64,000 nucleotides of DNA from NCBI GenBank assembly GCA_015232315.1, contig JADFZZ010000027.1, forward strand, positions 482 to 64,481. Direction: 5' to 3'. Both the position numbers and the translations under genes were made by a program. Below are positions 47,228-56,715 of the stretch, one piece after another (position 1 is the stretch's first letter; every line of letters begins with the position of its first letter). The DNA comes from SAR324 cluster bacterium (lineage in GTDB: Bacteria > SAR324 > NAC60-12). The notes below the pieces were generated by a model. That model ran no database searches and was not told where the DNA came from. It saw nothing but the letters and a program-made list of their open reading frames with translations.

Positions 47228-48905
47228 TACTTTTCAGCATCTCCCTGGAAAGCTGCATGGTTTTAGCAGTGATATCCACACCACCAATCAACCGTGCCAG
47301 TTCTTCAATTTTTTCATTGGCTGAAAGTTCACGAATCGAGGTGAATGTTTTACCATCAATCACATCCTTATTGACAACCAGATGATGGTCTGACCATGCG
47401 GCGACCTGTGGCAGATGAGTGATGCACAGTGCCTGTCTGTCTTTTCCGAGAGACCGGAGTTTTTGTCCGACTATTTCCGCGATGCGACCACTGATTCCTG
47501 TATCTACTTCATCAAAAATCATGGTTTCTACGGTATCTACAGCCGTCAGGACTGTTTTCAGGGCCAGCATGATTCTGGAGAGTTCGCCCCCGGACGCAAC
47601 CTTGACCAGACTTTTCAATTCCTGGCCGGGGTTGACGGATAGCAGAAATTCAACATTATCCACCCCTTTGGATGAATATCTGCAAGTGCCTTCTGCGACA
47701 TGGATGTTCATGTTGATGTTCGTTTGAAACAGTGCTTTTTCCATCCCCAGTTGATGAATTTCCTGAATAATCTGTTCATCCAGAAGCTTTGCCGCGGCTT
47801 TTCGTTTTGCGGACAGTTCCATGGATTTCTGATGGAGTTGTTTTTGTGTCTGTTCCAGTTTCTGTGTCAATTTCTGAAGGTCAAAATCCAGATTCTGAAG
47901 TTCCTCCAGTTCGGCCTGCGATGTTTGCTTGAGCAGCAACAATTCTTCGATGGATTCTACTTTATACTTTCTTTTCAATCGCTGGAGATCATTCAGACGT
48001 TCATTGATCCAGTCCAGTCGTTTAGGGTCGGCTTCCATGCGGGATGAATAGTGCGTAGCGTAAAGATAGATTTCCTTGAGCAGTGACTGGGTGTTTTCAA
48101 TAGATTCCTGAATTTCCAGGCAACCTGAATCCAGCGTTGCGGCTTCCTGAAACAATTTGGAGATAGATCCTATGGTGTCAATCATGGCACCCTCCGACTC
48201 ATAAAGCTGTCCCTGGACTTGTGCGAATATTTCTGTAAGCCGTTCAACATGAGATAATCTTCCGGCTTCCTGGTTCAATTCCTCTTCTTCCTCGACTCTC
48301 AGATTGGCGCTGGTCAATTCTTCCTGCAGAAAACCCAATTCTTCGATACGGGCGTTACGGGACGAAAGTTGCTGATTCAGACGATTTTTTTCCTCCAGGA
48401 TCTGTTCATATCGGTCAAACAGTGTGCGTACTTCTTCCCGGTCCTGAAGCAATTGCCCGGCACCATCCAGAAAATCAATGTGAGAAGAGGCCTGCAACAA
48501 GGATTGATTGTCATGTTGACCATGAATGTTAACCAGCAAACGACCGATCATGGCCAGTCGTGCCTGAGTCAGATTCACATCATTGACCAGAATTTTCTGA
48601 CGTCCATCTCTGGGAAGTATCCGTCGAATGATCACTTCCTCATCTGCTGGAATGCCTGATTCTTCCAACAGACTTTTAATGGCTTCGGAGTGCCCTGTGT
48701 TAAACACGGCTTCAAGAGAAGCCTGATCGGCACCAGTTCTGATCAGTGAATTATCAGCGCGCTGACCGAGAATCAACTGAAGCGCGTCAATCATGATGGA
48801 TTTTCCGGCACCTGTTTCGCCGGTCAGAATGGAAAATCCCTGCTTAAAATCGAGTTCGACTTTTTCAATAGTGGCCAGATTGGAAATTTTTAAATGCGAT
48901 AACAT
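47208..48905 (-). CDS. recN: DNA repair protein RecN
   Basis: 'LTGETGAGKS', 'IHGQHD', 'ASGGELSR', 'FDEVDTG', 'ITHLPQVA'. Confidence 0.97.
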   Translation of the reverse strand: MLSHLKISNLATIEKVELDFKQGFSILTGETGAGKSIMIDALQLILGQRADNSLIRTGADQASLEAVFNTGHSEAIKSLLEESGIPADEEVIIRRILPRDGRQKILVNDVNLTQARLAMIGRLLVNIHGQHDNQSLLQASSHIDFLDGAGQLLQDREEVRTLFDRYEQILEEKNRLNQQLSSRNARIEELGFLQEELTSANLRVEEEEELNQEAGRLSHVERLTEIFAQVQGQLYESEGAMIDTIGSISKLFQEAATLDSGCLEIQESIENTQSLLKEIYLYATHYSSRMEADPKRLDWINERLNDLQRLKRKYKVESIEELLLLKQTSQAELEELQNLDFDLQKLTQKLEQTQKQLHQKSMELSAKRKAAAKLLDEQIIQEIHQLGMEKALFQTNINMNIHVAEGTCRYSSKGVDNVEFLLSVNPGQELKSLVKVASGGELSRIMLALKTVLTAVDTVETMIFDEVDTGISGRIAEIVGQKLRSLGKDRQALCITHLPQVAAWSDHHLVVNKDVIDGKTFTSIRELSANEKIEELARLIGGVDITAKTMQLSREMLKSIDRKKR

Positions 48906-49254
48906 AATGAATTCAGTTGAATGAGGAGTGAGATATCCGTGGGTAAAACTATTTCAAATGAAACGCATGAACAACATACATAACCGCATCGAACCTTCAA
49001 TGAAATTGTTAGAAAGTGTTTTAAAAGTTTCCAAACGAATTAATTTACTAAATTATGGAGAAAACGATGGGTAAACCATAGCAACGCTTGCCTCAGGAAA
49101 ACTTATGGGTGAGTACGTCTAACCGGTTGGACCGGGGTAACATCCACAGATAATTGTCTTGGAAATCCCCTGTGTCTGTGAGAGGTTTCACCAATTTTTT
49201 CATAGGCTTGATTTCTAAAATCAACGAAAAATGAAACATCCGGGATGCTTCTGC

Positions 49255-50139
49255 ATGAATACCATCAATTCGACGCTTGGCAATTATTATAAACTGCTCC
49301 GTCCTCATCAATATGTTAAAAATACTTTTGTTCTGCTTCCCATCTTTTTCGCTCAACATTTAACAGATATTCCCGCGCTTATTCAAACATTCGGGGCCTT
49401 TGTCTGCTTTTGCCTGGTCGCCAGTTCCATTTATATCATCAACGATTATCGGGACATGAAAGAGGACCGGCAGCATCCCACCAAGAAAATGCGACCATTG
49501 GCCGCGGGATTGATTCCATCTCATCAAGCCTTGTTGCTATCATTTTTTCTAATGTCCACTGGCTTCTATGGTGCCTGGATGATAAGACCCGAAGTGATGG
49601 GCGTGCTTTCAGGATATTGGCTTCTGAATCTCGTCTATAGCCTTGGCCTTAAGCGTATCGCACTGCTGGATATCATGATCATTGCCACAGGTTTTGTGCT
49701 GAGGGTTTTTGCTGGAGGATTCGCGGCTCAGGTCAAAATCAGCATGTGGATCATTCTGCTGACGTTTCTTCTGGCCCTGTTCCTGGCTGTAGCCAAACGC
49801 CGTGAGGATGTGTTACTGCTTGCGTCAGGAATACAAAAAACACGGAAATCCATTGACGGATACAATCTGGAATTCATCAATGCCACCATGGTATTGATGA
49901 GCGCTGTGATTGTGGTGGCCTATATTTTTTATACAATTTCACTGGAAATCCGTCAGAATTTTCATAGCGATTATCTCTATCTGACCGTAGTGTTTGTGTT
50001 GTTGGGGATTTTGCGATACATGCAGATCACCTTTGTAGAAAATAAAAGTGGTGATCCCACAAGAATTTTGCTGAATGACAGGTTTCTTCAGGGAACTCTC
50101 ATAGCTTGGCTGGGCAGTTTCATGTTTCTGATTTATTAA
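49255..50139 (+). CDS. Polyprenyl-phosphate phosphoribosyltransferase (UbiA family; Rv3806c/NoeC-like)
   Basis: 'RPHQYVKN', 'YIINDYRD..EDRQHPTKKMRPLAAG', 'KRR', 'GDPT'. Confidence 0.9.
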   Translation: MNTINSTLGNYYKLLRPHQYVKNTFVLLPIFFAQHLTDIPALIQTFGAFVCFCLVASSIYIINDYRDMKEDRQHPTKKMRPLAAGLIPSHQALLLSFFLMSTGFYGAWMIRPEVMGVLSGYWLLNLVYSLGLKRIALLDIMIIATGFVLRVFAGGFAAQVKISMWIILLTFLLALFLAVAKRREDVLLLASGIQKTRKSIDGYNLEFINATMVLMSAVIVVAYIFYTISLEIRQNFHSDYLYLTVVFVLLGILRYMQITFVENKSGDPTRILLNDRFLQGTLIAWLGSFMFLIY

Positions 50140-50279
50140 CCCACGTTAGTTCGTAGTTCCGCCTTCAGGTAGTCTTTCAGCGTTCTTTAGCGCCTGAAGA
50201 CAGAACATTGTTGAGAACGGAACTGATGTCACTCACGGGTATTGGGCGATAGCCTGGTATGATGTTTATGGAATAAAAT

Positions 50280-50411
50280 CAGGGCTGTTCACTTCTCTGG
50301 GAGGACGGAACTACGTGCCCGTCAAAAATACGATTTTGGGCGTTTGCGGGGCATGTAATCCCCGCCTACCATCCGGTTGACGCTCAAAATAAGGAGAAAT
50401 GAACAACCCTG
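50280..50411 (+). mobile_element. MITE family D copy (132 bp), 10-bp TSD ggaataaaat/ggaataaagt
   Basis: TIRs cagggctgttca / tgaacaaccctg; near-identical to 29503-29633. Confidence 0.88.
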
Positions 50412-50429
50412 GGAATAAAGTGATATGAT

Positions 50430-50768
50430 ATGAAAGTACCAAATGCTGATCATGCGATAGCGGATATCAGGAAACTTCAGGAATACAGTCTCAACACACA
50501 ACACAAGACAGGCAGGAATAAAGCATGGGTATTTGCATCCGCATTAGGAATAACGATAGATGATGCCGAAGCATTACGCGAAATCCTGCTCAGAATCGTC
50601 CGGGAATATGATGCGGAGGCTGGATTGAAAGATAGTTATGGAGAACGGTATCAAGTAGATTTTCCCTTAGAATGGCGAGGAAGGCGAGCAATGGTTCGCA
50701 GTGCGTGGATCATTGAACCTGAAGTGTCATATCCAAGATTAACCAGTTGTTATGTGCTGGAAAAATAA
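50430..50768 (+). CDS. DUF6883-like protein (putative toxin)
   Basis: 'KL.EYSLN..H..G..KA.VF..ALG', 'YGERY', 'VRSAWI', 'PRLTSCY'. Confidence 0.75.
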   Translation: MKVPNADHAIADIRKLQEYSLNTQHKTGRNKAWVFASALGITIDDAEALREILLRIVREYDAEAGLKDSYGERYQVDFPLEWRGRRAMVRSAWIIEPEVSYPRLTSCYVLEK

Positions 50769-50777
50769 TGAGGTCTG

Positions 50778-51017
50778 ATGATGAATGAAACTGTAAAATT
50801 ATTTGATGTGGTTGCATTGACAGTTGATTTGCCCGAACACAATTTGAAGCGGGGATATGTAGGAACCGTAGTAGAGAATCTTGCTAATGGTTCTGCTTTT
50901 GAGGTGGAATTTAGTGATAGTCAGGGGCGTTCATACGTTTCGCTTGGTTTAACGGGGGAACAACTCCTGGTATTGCACTATGATCCTTTTCTGGAAAACC
51001 AGGCAATCCCGGCATAA
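50778..51017 (+). CDS. DUF4926-like protein (putative antitoxin/immunity)
   Basis: 'LFDVVAL..DLPE..LKRG.VGTVVE', 'FEVEFSD..G'. Confidence 0.82.
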   Translation: MMNETVKLFDVVALTVDLPEHNLKRGYVGTVVENLANGSAFEVEFSDSQGRSYVSLGLTGEQLLVLHYDPFLENQAIPA

Positions 51018-51160
51018 AACAACGCTGAACCAGTAATCAGCCCAAACTGGTACCACCCCGGACGGCCAATCTGTGTTTCTTTCAAAAGTTTATAGTAAGT
51101 TCATGCACCGCCCCACAGTATGCAGGGAGAGGCCTCTGTGAACCCTAATGCCAATTTTTT

Positions 51161-51321
51161 GTTGCTGTAAATTTTCTGGTGACGGTAACCGATTCAAGCC
51201 ATCGCGCGGTGTCATTCCGTGCTTGACACGGAATCCATCGGCGCACTCCTGGATCCCCGTTTTCACGGGGATGACATCGTGGCGGATCACAGGATTTCAT
51301 CACCAAATTATTTACAGCAGG
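51161..51321 (-). mobile_element. MITE family C copy (161 bp), 8-bp TSD aatttttt
   Basis: Reverse complement of 7291-7451; direct repeat at 51153-51160 and 51322-51329. Confidence 0.88.
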
Positions 51322-51477
51322 AATTTTTTGACGAGGAAACCATGATGGCTCCCAAATTTTTCGTGACAGGGCTACAGTTGTCTGCGGAGTTGGCACTTTC
51401 ACCACTTCACGCGTCGGAAAGCCTGATTGACCGTGTAGCGTTTTGTTGAAATAAAATCATTGTTGAGAACGGAACCT

Positions 51478-51505
51478 GTAGAGACACGATTAATCGCGTT
51501 TCTAC
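51478..51505. repeat. Solo GTAG-type REP-like palindrome
   Basis: gtagagacacgattaatcgcgtttctac; related to 2685-2712. Confidence 0.72.
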
Positions 51506-51527
51506 GATAAACGAAAAAGGTGGATTG

Positions 51528-52862
51528 ATGAAAATCGCGAATTGGGGAAATTATCCGGTAGTGAATGCCGTGAGTCGAGGTTTTGAAACCTCTGCGGCTC
51601 TCAAACAGATTCTTTCGGAATGGAGTCAGACCATTCCTCGTGGGATGGGACGCAGTTATGGCGATGCCTCGCTGGGGGAGCATGTTGTTTCCACGCTGAA
51701 ACACAATCATATCCTTGAGTTTGACTCAAAACAGGGGATTGTGACTTGTGAAGCTGGTGTGACCCTGGCTGAACTTCTGGAAATTTTTGTGCCTCGAGGA
51801 TTTTTTCCCGGAGTGACCCCGGGAACCCGTTTCATTACTATCGGTGGCGGAATCGCCGCGGATGTGCATGGAAAAAATCATCATAAGGAAGGTTCCTTTT
51901 CCTCGTTCGTGGAATCCTTCGACCTCATGACAGGGGATGGTCGCAGTCTGACATGCTCCCGAAAAAAGAATTCCGAACTCTTCTGGGCAACCTTCGGCGC
52001 AATGGGACTCACGGGCATCGTGATGACAGTGACGATGAGGCTGAAGCCGATCCAAACCGCATACATTCGTCAGGAAACCCATAAAGCCGGGAATCTGGAT
52101 GAAATCATGGCTCTGTTTGAAGACTCAGAAGACTGGACTTATACCGTTGCCTGGATTGATTGTCTGGCTCAGGGGAATGCTCTCGGGCGCAGCGTTCTCA
52201 TGCGGGGAGAATCTGCGACCCTTGAGGATATGGCTCGTTGTGGTCTGTCAAGTCAAACCCCTCTGCTTATAAAATCAGGAATCAAGCTGGATGTTCCTGT
52301 GAATTTTCCGGGATGGGTGCTGAATTCCCACACGGTGAAAGCGTTTAACGAATTGTATTACTGGAAATATCCGGACCAGGCGCATGAATCCGTGATTCCG
52401 TATGATCCGTTTTTTTATCCGCTGGACAGTATTTATCACTGGAATCGAATTTATGGAAAAAACGGATTTCTGCAATATCAGTTTGTGATTCCCAAAGAAG
52501 TGAGCCGTGAAGGGTTGACACGCATTCTGAAGGAGATTTCAGTGCAAGGACAGGCATCTTTTCTGGCCGTCTTGAAATTATTTGGCAAACAAAATCCTGC
52601 ACCGCTTTCATTTCCAATGGAAGGTTACACGCTGGCACTGGATTTTGCGGTCAAACCGGGCATTTTTGAATTTTTGGATCGACTGGACCAGATCGTTCTG
52701 GACTATGGTGGACGCCTGTATCTGGCAAAGGACGCACGGATGAAACCTGATTTTTTTCACCAGACTTATGCGGATAACGAACAGGCCAAACAAATGATTC
52801 AAAAATATGGAAAACAAAAATTCGCGTCCATGCTTTCCCAACGATTAGGAGTGACTTCATGA
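51528..52862 (+). CDS. FAD-binding oxidoreductase, DprE1-like
   Basis: 'RGMGRSYGD', 'VTPGT.FITIGG.IAADVHGKNHH', 'VAWID', 'GFLQYQ', 'SFLAVLK', 'YLAKD'. Confidence 0.9.
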   Translation: MKIANWGNYPVVNAVSRGFETSAALKQILSEWSQTIPRGMGRSYGDASLGEHVVSTLKHNHILEFDSKQGIVTCEAGVTLAELLEIFVPRGFFPGVTPGTRFITIGGGIAADVHGKNHHKEGSFSSFVESFDLMTGDGRSLTCSRKKNSELFWATFGAMGLTGIVMTVTMRLKPIQTAYIRQETHKAGNLDEIMALFEDSEDWTYTVAWIDCLAQGNALGRSVLMRGESATLEDMARCGLSSQTPLLIKSGIKLDVPVNFPGWVLNSHTVKAFNELYYWKYPDQAHESVIPYDPFFYPLDSIYHWNRIYGKNGFLQYQFVIPKEVSREGLTRILKEISVQGQASFLAVLKLFGKQNPAPLSFPMEGYTLALDFAVKPGIFEFLDRLDQIVLDYGGRLYLAKDARMKPDFFHQTYADNEQAKQMIQKYGKQKFASMLSQRLGVTS

Positions 52863-53593
52863 AACAGGTATTGATATTAGGCGCGACCTCTGACATTGCC
52901 AAGGCACTGGCCCATGAATATGGCCGTGAAGGTTATGGTTTGATGCTGGCGGCCCGTGAGGCGAAAAAAAGACTGTCGATCACTTGCCATGATCTGGAAA
53001 TTCGTTATGGTGTCACAGCTAAAGCCATTGAGTTTGACGCGGTTGATTTTGCGAATCATGAGGCGTTTTACCGGAATTTAACGGAGGTGCCGGCCATTGT
53101 GGTGTGCGTGTTTGGTTATCTGGGCGATCAAAGTCTTGCTATTCGAGATTTTGAAGAGTCCCGAAAAATTCTGGAAACCAATTATCTGGGGGCTGTTTCC
53201 ATACTAAACGTGATTGCCAATGATTTTGAATCCAGAAAAGACGGCAGTATCATTGGCATCAGTTCTGTGGCAGGAGATCGGGGTCGGCAATCCAATTATC
53301 TTTATGGAAGCGCCAAAGCCGGATTCAGTGCCTATCTGTCCGGTTTAAGAAACAGGTTGTATGGCTCTCAGGTGCATGTGATGACCGTCAAACCGGGTTT
53401 TATTTTCACCAAAATGACAGAAAACATGAACCTTCCTCCGGCACTTACAGCACAACCGGATCAAGTGGCCAAAGACATTGTACGAGCCGGACGATCTCAG
53501 CGGGATGTGTTGTACACCCGCTGGTTCTGGCGTTACATCATGCTGATCATCTGCCTGATTCCGGAATCCATCTTTAAACGGCTCAAACTGTAA
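52859..53593 (+). CDS. SDR oxidoreductase, DprE2-like
   Basis: 'GATSDIA', 'SSVAGDRGRQSNYLYGSAKAG', 'VKPGF..TKMT'; ATGA overlap. Confidence 0.9.
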   Translation: MKQVLILGATSDIAKALAHEYGREGYGLMLAAREAKKRLSITCHDLEIRYGVTAKAIEFDAVDFANHEAFYRNLTEVPAIVVCVFGYLGDQSLAIRDFEESRKILETNYLGAVSILNVIANDFESRKDGSIIGISSVAGDRGRQSNYLYGSAKAGFSAYLSGLRNRLYGSQVHVMTVKPGFIFTKMTENMNLPPALTAQPDQVAKDIVRAGRSQRDVLYTRWFWRYIMLIICLIPESIFKRLKL

Positions 53594-53636
53594 AATCAGG
53601 TCCAACCTTCTTCCATCACATCAGTCAGGACTCACT

Positions 53637-54644
53637 TTGATTAAATGGGATTTAACGCATCTCACGCATCTCAACGATTCAGAAAAAACTCGATTGCAGC
53701 AAGAGTTTGAAGCTTTGTTGCGCCAGGCCAGAGATTTGTTTGATACAGGCCAGATTCTTCTCGAAAATAGTCATTTTCATAGATCCCTTCCGTTTATTCA
53801 ACAGTCGATCGAATGTACTCTTCGAGGTTGCGGCATTCTTCTGGGACAGTCTTCCCCTGACTTTGACCAACAGACGATGGGATCAAGAGTTATCTCTTCA
53901 GGGGTGATGACCGTCAAAGGGTGGAATGCGGTGCAATCGTTAGGAAAACTCACAGATACCGATAGCAACCGCATCTCATTTTTGAAGTGGGTTGATCAAT
54001 ATGCGAGAGTGATTGCCGAGTGGGAAAATCAGGTTGAACAGTGGCACAAAACTTCTAAAGCCACAGAAGTTCAGCGTCATTCAACGACGGTGCGATTCAA
54101 ACGGAAATTATTAGTTTTGACAGGGATGGTTCCAGCAATTCTTTTGTTTTCCTGTGTTGTGATCTGGCTTTGCTGGTATTACGCGCCATCCAGATCTTAC
54201 ATGGAAACAACACGTATTGTCTGGGGGAACACCCATGTTTATAGTCCTTCGCAATCTATTGAAATTGTCGCAAATGGAAAGATTCAGGAAATTTATTTTA
54301 AAAGAATGAAGAACGACTCCATACAACAGTTTCAGCTTTACCCGGCCTCCCGAAAAGTGAGCTATATTTTGATTTCAGCTATTTCAACAACTTCAGAAAA
54401 CGCAGATCAAACACAAAGCAATTCGTTAACCCTAAATCCTGAACAGTGGGTCTGTCAACATTGTAAAATTTCGCACCATCAAGAGGGCCTGATGGTGACT
54501 CCGGAAGATAACGAGTTTTCAATGCTGAGTCCGGTGCTTGAACAGGCCGCTTTAAACGGTATCAGCGTCAAAATGTTGATTGTGGATCGTCTTCCTTTTG
54601 TGGATTGGTTGCAAAAAGGAAATTACCAGGAAAGCTTGCTATGA
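53637..54644 (+). CDS. Membrane-anchored hypothetical protein with HEPN-like N-terminus
   Basis: 'ARDLFDTGQILLEN..F..S...IQQSIE..LRG' pattern; one TM at about aa 158-182; beta-rich C-terminus. Confidence 0.5.
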   Translation: MIKWDLTHLTHLNDSEKTRLQQEFEALLRQARDLFDTGQILLENSHFHRSLPFIQQSIECTLRGCGILLGQSSPDFDQQTMGSRVISSGVMTVKGWNAVQSLGKLTDTDSNRISFLKWVDQYARVIAEWENQVEQWHKTSKATEVQRHSTTVRFKRKLLVLTGMVPAILLFSCVVIWLCWYYAPSRSYMETTRIVWGNTHVYSPSQSIEIVANGKIQEIYFKRMKNDSIQQFQLYPASRKVSYILISAISTTSENADQTQSNSLTLNPEQWVCQHCKISHHQEGLMVTPEDNEFSMLSPVLEQAALNGISVKMLIVDRLPFVDWLQKGNYQESLL

Positions 54645-56506
54645 TCATTCTTTGGGGTCTCACCTATCTGTTGTCTGCCTGTTATTTATCCCGGAAAATA
54701 TTTGGTGGCGCCTATTTTTCTATCGGGTTGCCTTTTGCTGTGATGATTGTGGGTTTCGTGGTTCTTCACAAACTCGGAGTCTCCATTTCACACATCACAC
54801 AAGGACACTTCATTGGATTTGTCACACTGTCTGGTTTTCTTTTCTGGTGGGGGTATCGTGAAATAAATTTCCTGAAAATCGCCCGACAGCACATCCCGTT
54901 TATTGTGCTGTTGCTGGCAATATTTCTGTATCAATATCTGTATCAGGGAGCGTATCTGGAACTTCCAGCAGATGTTTATGGTGTTCATTTATACCGGATT
55001 GGAGATTTACTGAATGAAGGAAGATTTGTTGATTTTAGCAAAAGTCTTTCCGCCAACACCATGTTTTATCCTTACTTGATTCATGCGACATTGATCCGCT
55101 ATGCGCCTTATGAATTGATGACCGCATTGAATGAAACATCCGCGGTATTCACCATGCTACTCATCATCTCCGTTTATGCCATGGTGTTTTTCTTTACCCG
55201 CCATTCTATTATCAGCACATTGGCTGTAGTGATTTCATGCCTGACCTGGGGCGTCGATATTTATTCATTTTATCGCTATTACACGTTTGCCCCTGCTTTT
55301 TTTTGCATGACGTTGGTATTTGACGGATTGGTGCTGTCCTGGCTCTATTTCCAAAAATTGCCCATAAATTGGTGGTCGGCATTGATTCGTTTTGGCAGTA
55401 TTTTGTTCCTGTTTCTGATAGCTTCTTTTTTCTCCCATAAGCAGGAAGCTCTGTTTCTAGGGATTTTGTTTTGTTTTGCCACGCTGTTTTTTTGTTTATC
55501 TCGATACAGGGATAAGACACTGACATGGTGGACGGGCATTCATGGCGGAATGGTTTTACTGACCATCACCATCATGGCGGTGTTAGCCCCCAGACATGTT
55601 CCTGATGTGAACAACTCTATTTTTTATGACTGGGGTCAATGGTTTGGAGTCCGTTGGGTGAGTGCCAACCTGCTGAATCAGGCTGATTTGAATATTGTAT
55701 CAGTTTCCATGTGGTTTCTGGTTCTTTATAGTCTGGTGAGTTTGTGTTTGCTTAGAGGGCTCCCACAAAAAAGATACTTATATTTTTATTGGTTTTCCTG
55801 GATACCATTACTGCTGATTGCCGTTCCTCCAACCGCAACATTATTTGCAACATTGCTGGATGACCGTGTTTTCAATCGGTTGTTTTATATGTCGACACTT
55901 TATGGCTCATCCGCAGTATTGATGGTCCATGGTTATAAAATATTGTGTCCACTCAAATCATCATCCATCAAACAGATAGCAGTGGGCCTTTTCCTGTTGA
56001 TGCCCATTTTTTACTATTCCATGAAAATTTCCATGAATGGCAAAGGAACCCACTTTTTCAAAAGAATGGAACCAGCTCACAATCATGTCCAATGGCAGCC
56101 CGTGTATGATTTCTTAAAAGCCCAACCTAAACACGCACATATGATTTTGACCGATGGCATCACAGAATATCCGTTACTCATTACGTCTGGGTTCTATTCC
56201 AATGATTGTAATGGTAGTATCGGGAGATGTTATTTTCCAGACCCGAAATGGAGATCTGTTGCTATTCCTAATCAACTTGCTCACCAATACGATTATATCG
56301 TGATCAATCGTGGAAAGGATTTTCAGTCATCAGGTTTTGAGAAACATTGGGATTCCAAATTATTTGTTTCGCATGTCAGGAATACCTCCCAGTATTATCC
56401 TCCCAACACTGAACAGGAACTGACCTTGCTGGAAACTCAAGGCTCGACAAAAAAAATCTTTCAATGGAATAATATTCAGGTATACCGTGTGCTATCTCAT
56501 GAATGA
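54641..56506 (+). CDS. Polytopic membrane protein, probable GT-C glycosyltransferase
   Basis: More than 12 hydrophobic segments, acidic loop 'ELPADVY..H', soluble C-terminal domain; follows the DprE1/E2-like genes. Confidence 0.55.
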   Translation: MIILWGLTYLLSACYLSRKIFGGAYFSIGLPFAVMIVGFVVLHKLGVSISHITQGHFIGFVTLSGFLFWWGYREINFLKIARQHIPFIVLLLAIFLYQYLYQGAYLELPADVYGVHLYRIGDLLNEGRFVDFSKSLSANTMFYPYLIHATLIRYAPYELMTALNETSAVFTMLLIISVYAMVFFFTRHSIISTLAVVISCLTWGVDIYSFYRYYTFAPAFFCMTLVFDGLVLSWLYFQKLPINWWSALIRFGSILFLFLIASFFSHKQEALFLGILFCFATLFFCLSRYRDKTLTWWTGIHGGMVLLTITIMAVLAPRHVPDVNNSIFYDWGQWFGVRWVSANLLNQADLNIVSVSMWFLVLYSLVSLCLLRGLPQKRYLYFYWFSWIPLLLIAVPPTATLFATLLDDRVFNRLFYMSTLYGSSAVLMVHGYKILCPLKSSSIKQIAVGLFLLMPIFYYSMKISMNGKGTHFFKRMEPAHNHVQWQPVYDFLKAQPKHAHMILTDGITEYPLLITSGFYSNDCNGSIGRCYFPDPKWRSVAIPNQLAHQYDYIVINRGKDFQSSGFEKHWDSKLFVSHVRNTSQYYPPNTEQELTLLETQGSTKKIFQWNNIQVYRVLSHE

Positions 56507-56580
56507 GAGAAAAATCGAATTCATTTATTTTTGATAATCAACCAATTCCATAAATTCAGGTCAGAATAAAGGCTTTGGTT

Positions 56581-56685
56581 CTATATATTCCAGAAAAATA
56601 ATTTGGTCAGAGAGAGGCAAGATGCCCTCCAAATGCGGACTGGGACGCCCGCGCTCCCAGAAAATAGTTATCTGGAACACTATAG
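56581..56685. mobile_element. Degenerate MITE family F (about 105 bp)
   Basis: Imperfect TIRs ctatatattccagaaaaata / tagttatctggaacactatag; GC-rich REP-like interior; no clear TSD. Confidence 0.55.
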
Positions 56686-56715
56686 ATTCCCCTAAACCCG
56701 TTTAAAATATCAAAT

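Noticed and set aside
49066-49145. c-di-GMP-I riboswitch upstream of the UbiA-like gene
   Set aside because: Only 'ggtaaacc' and 'gtctaa' resemble the consensus; the GAAA tetraloop and GACGCAAA core are missing
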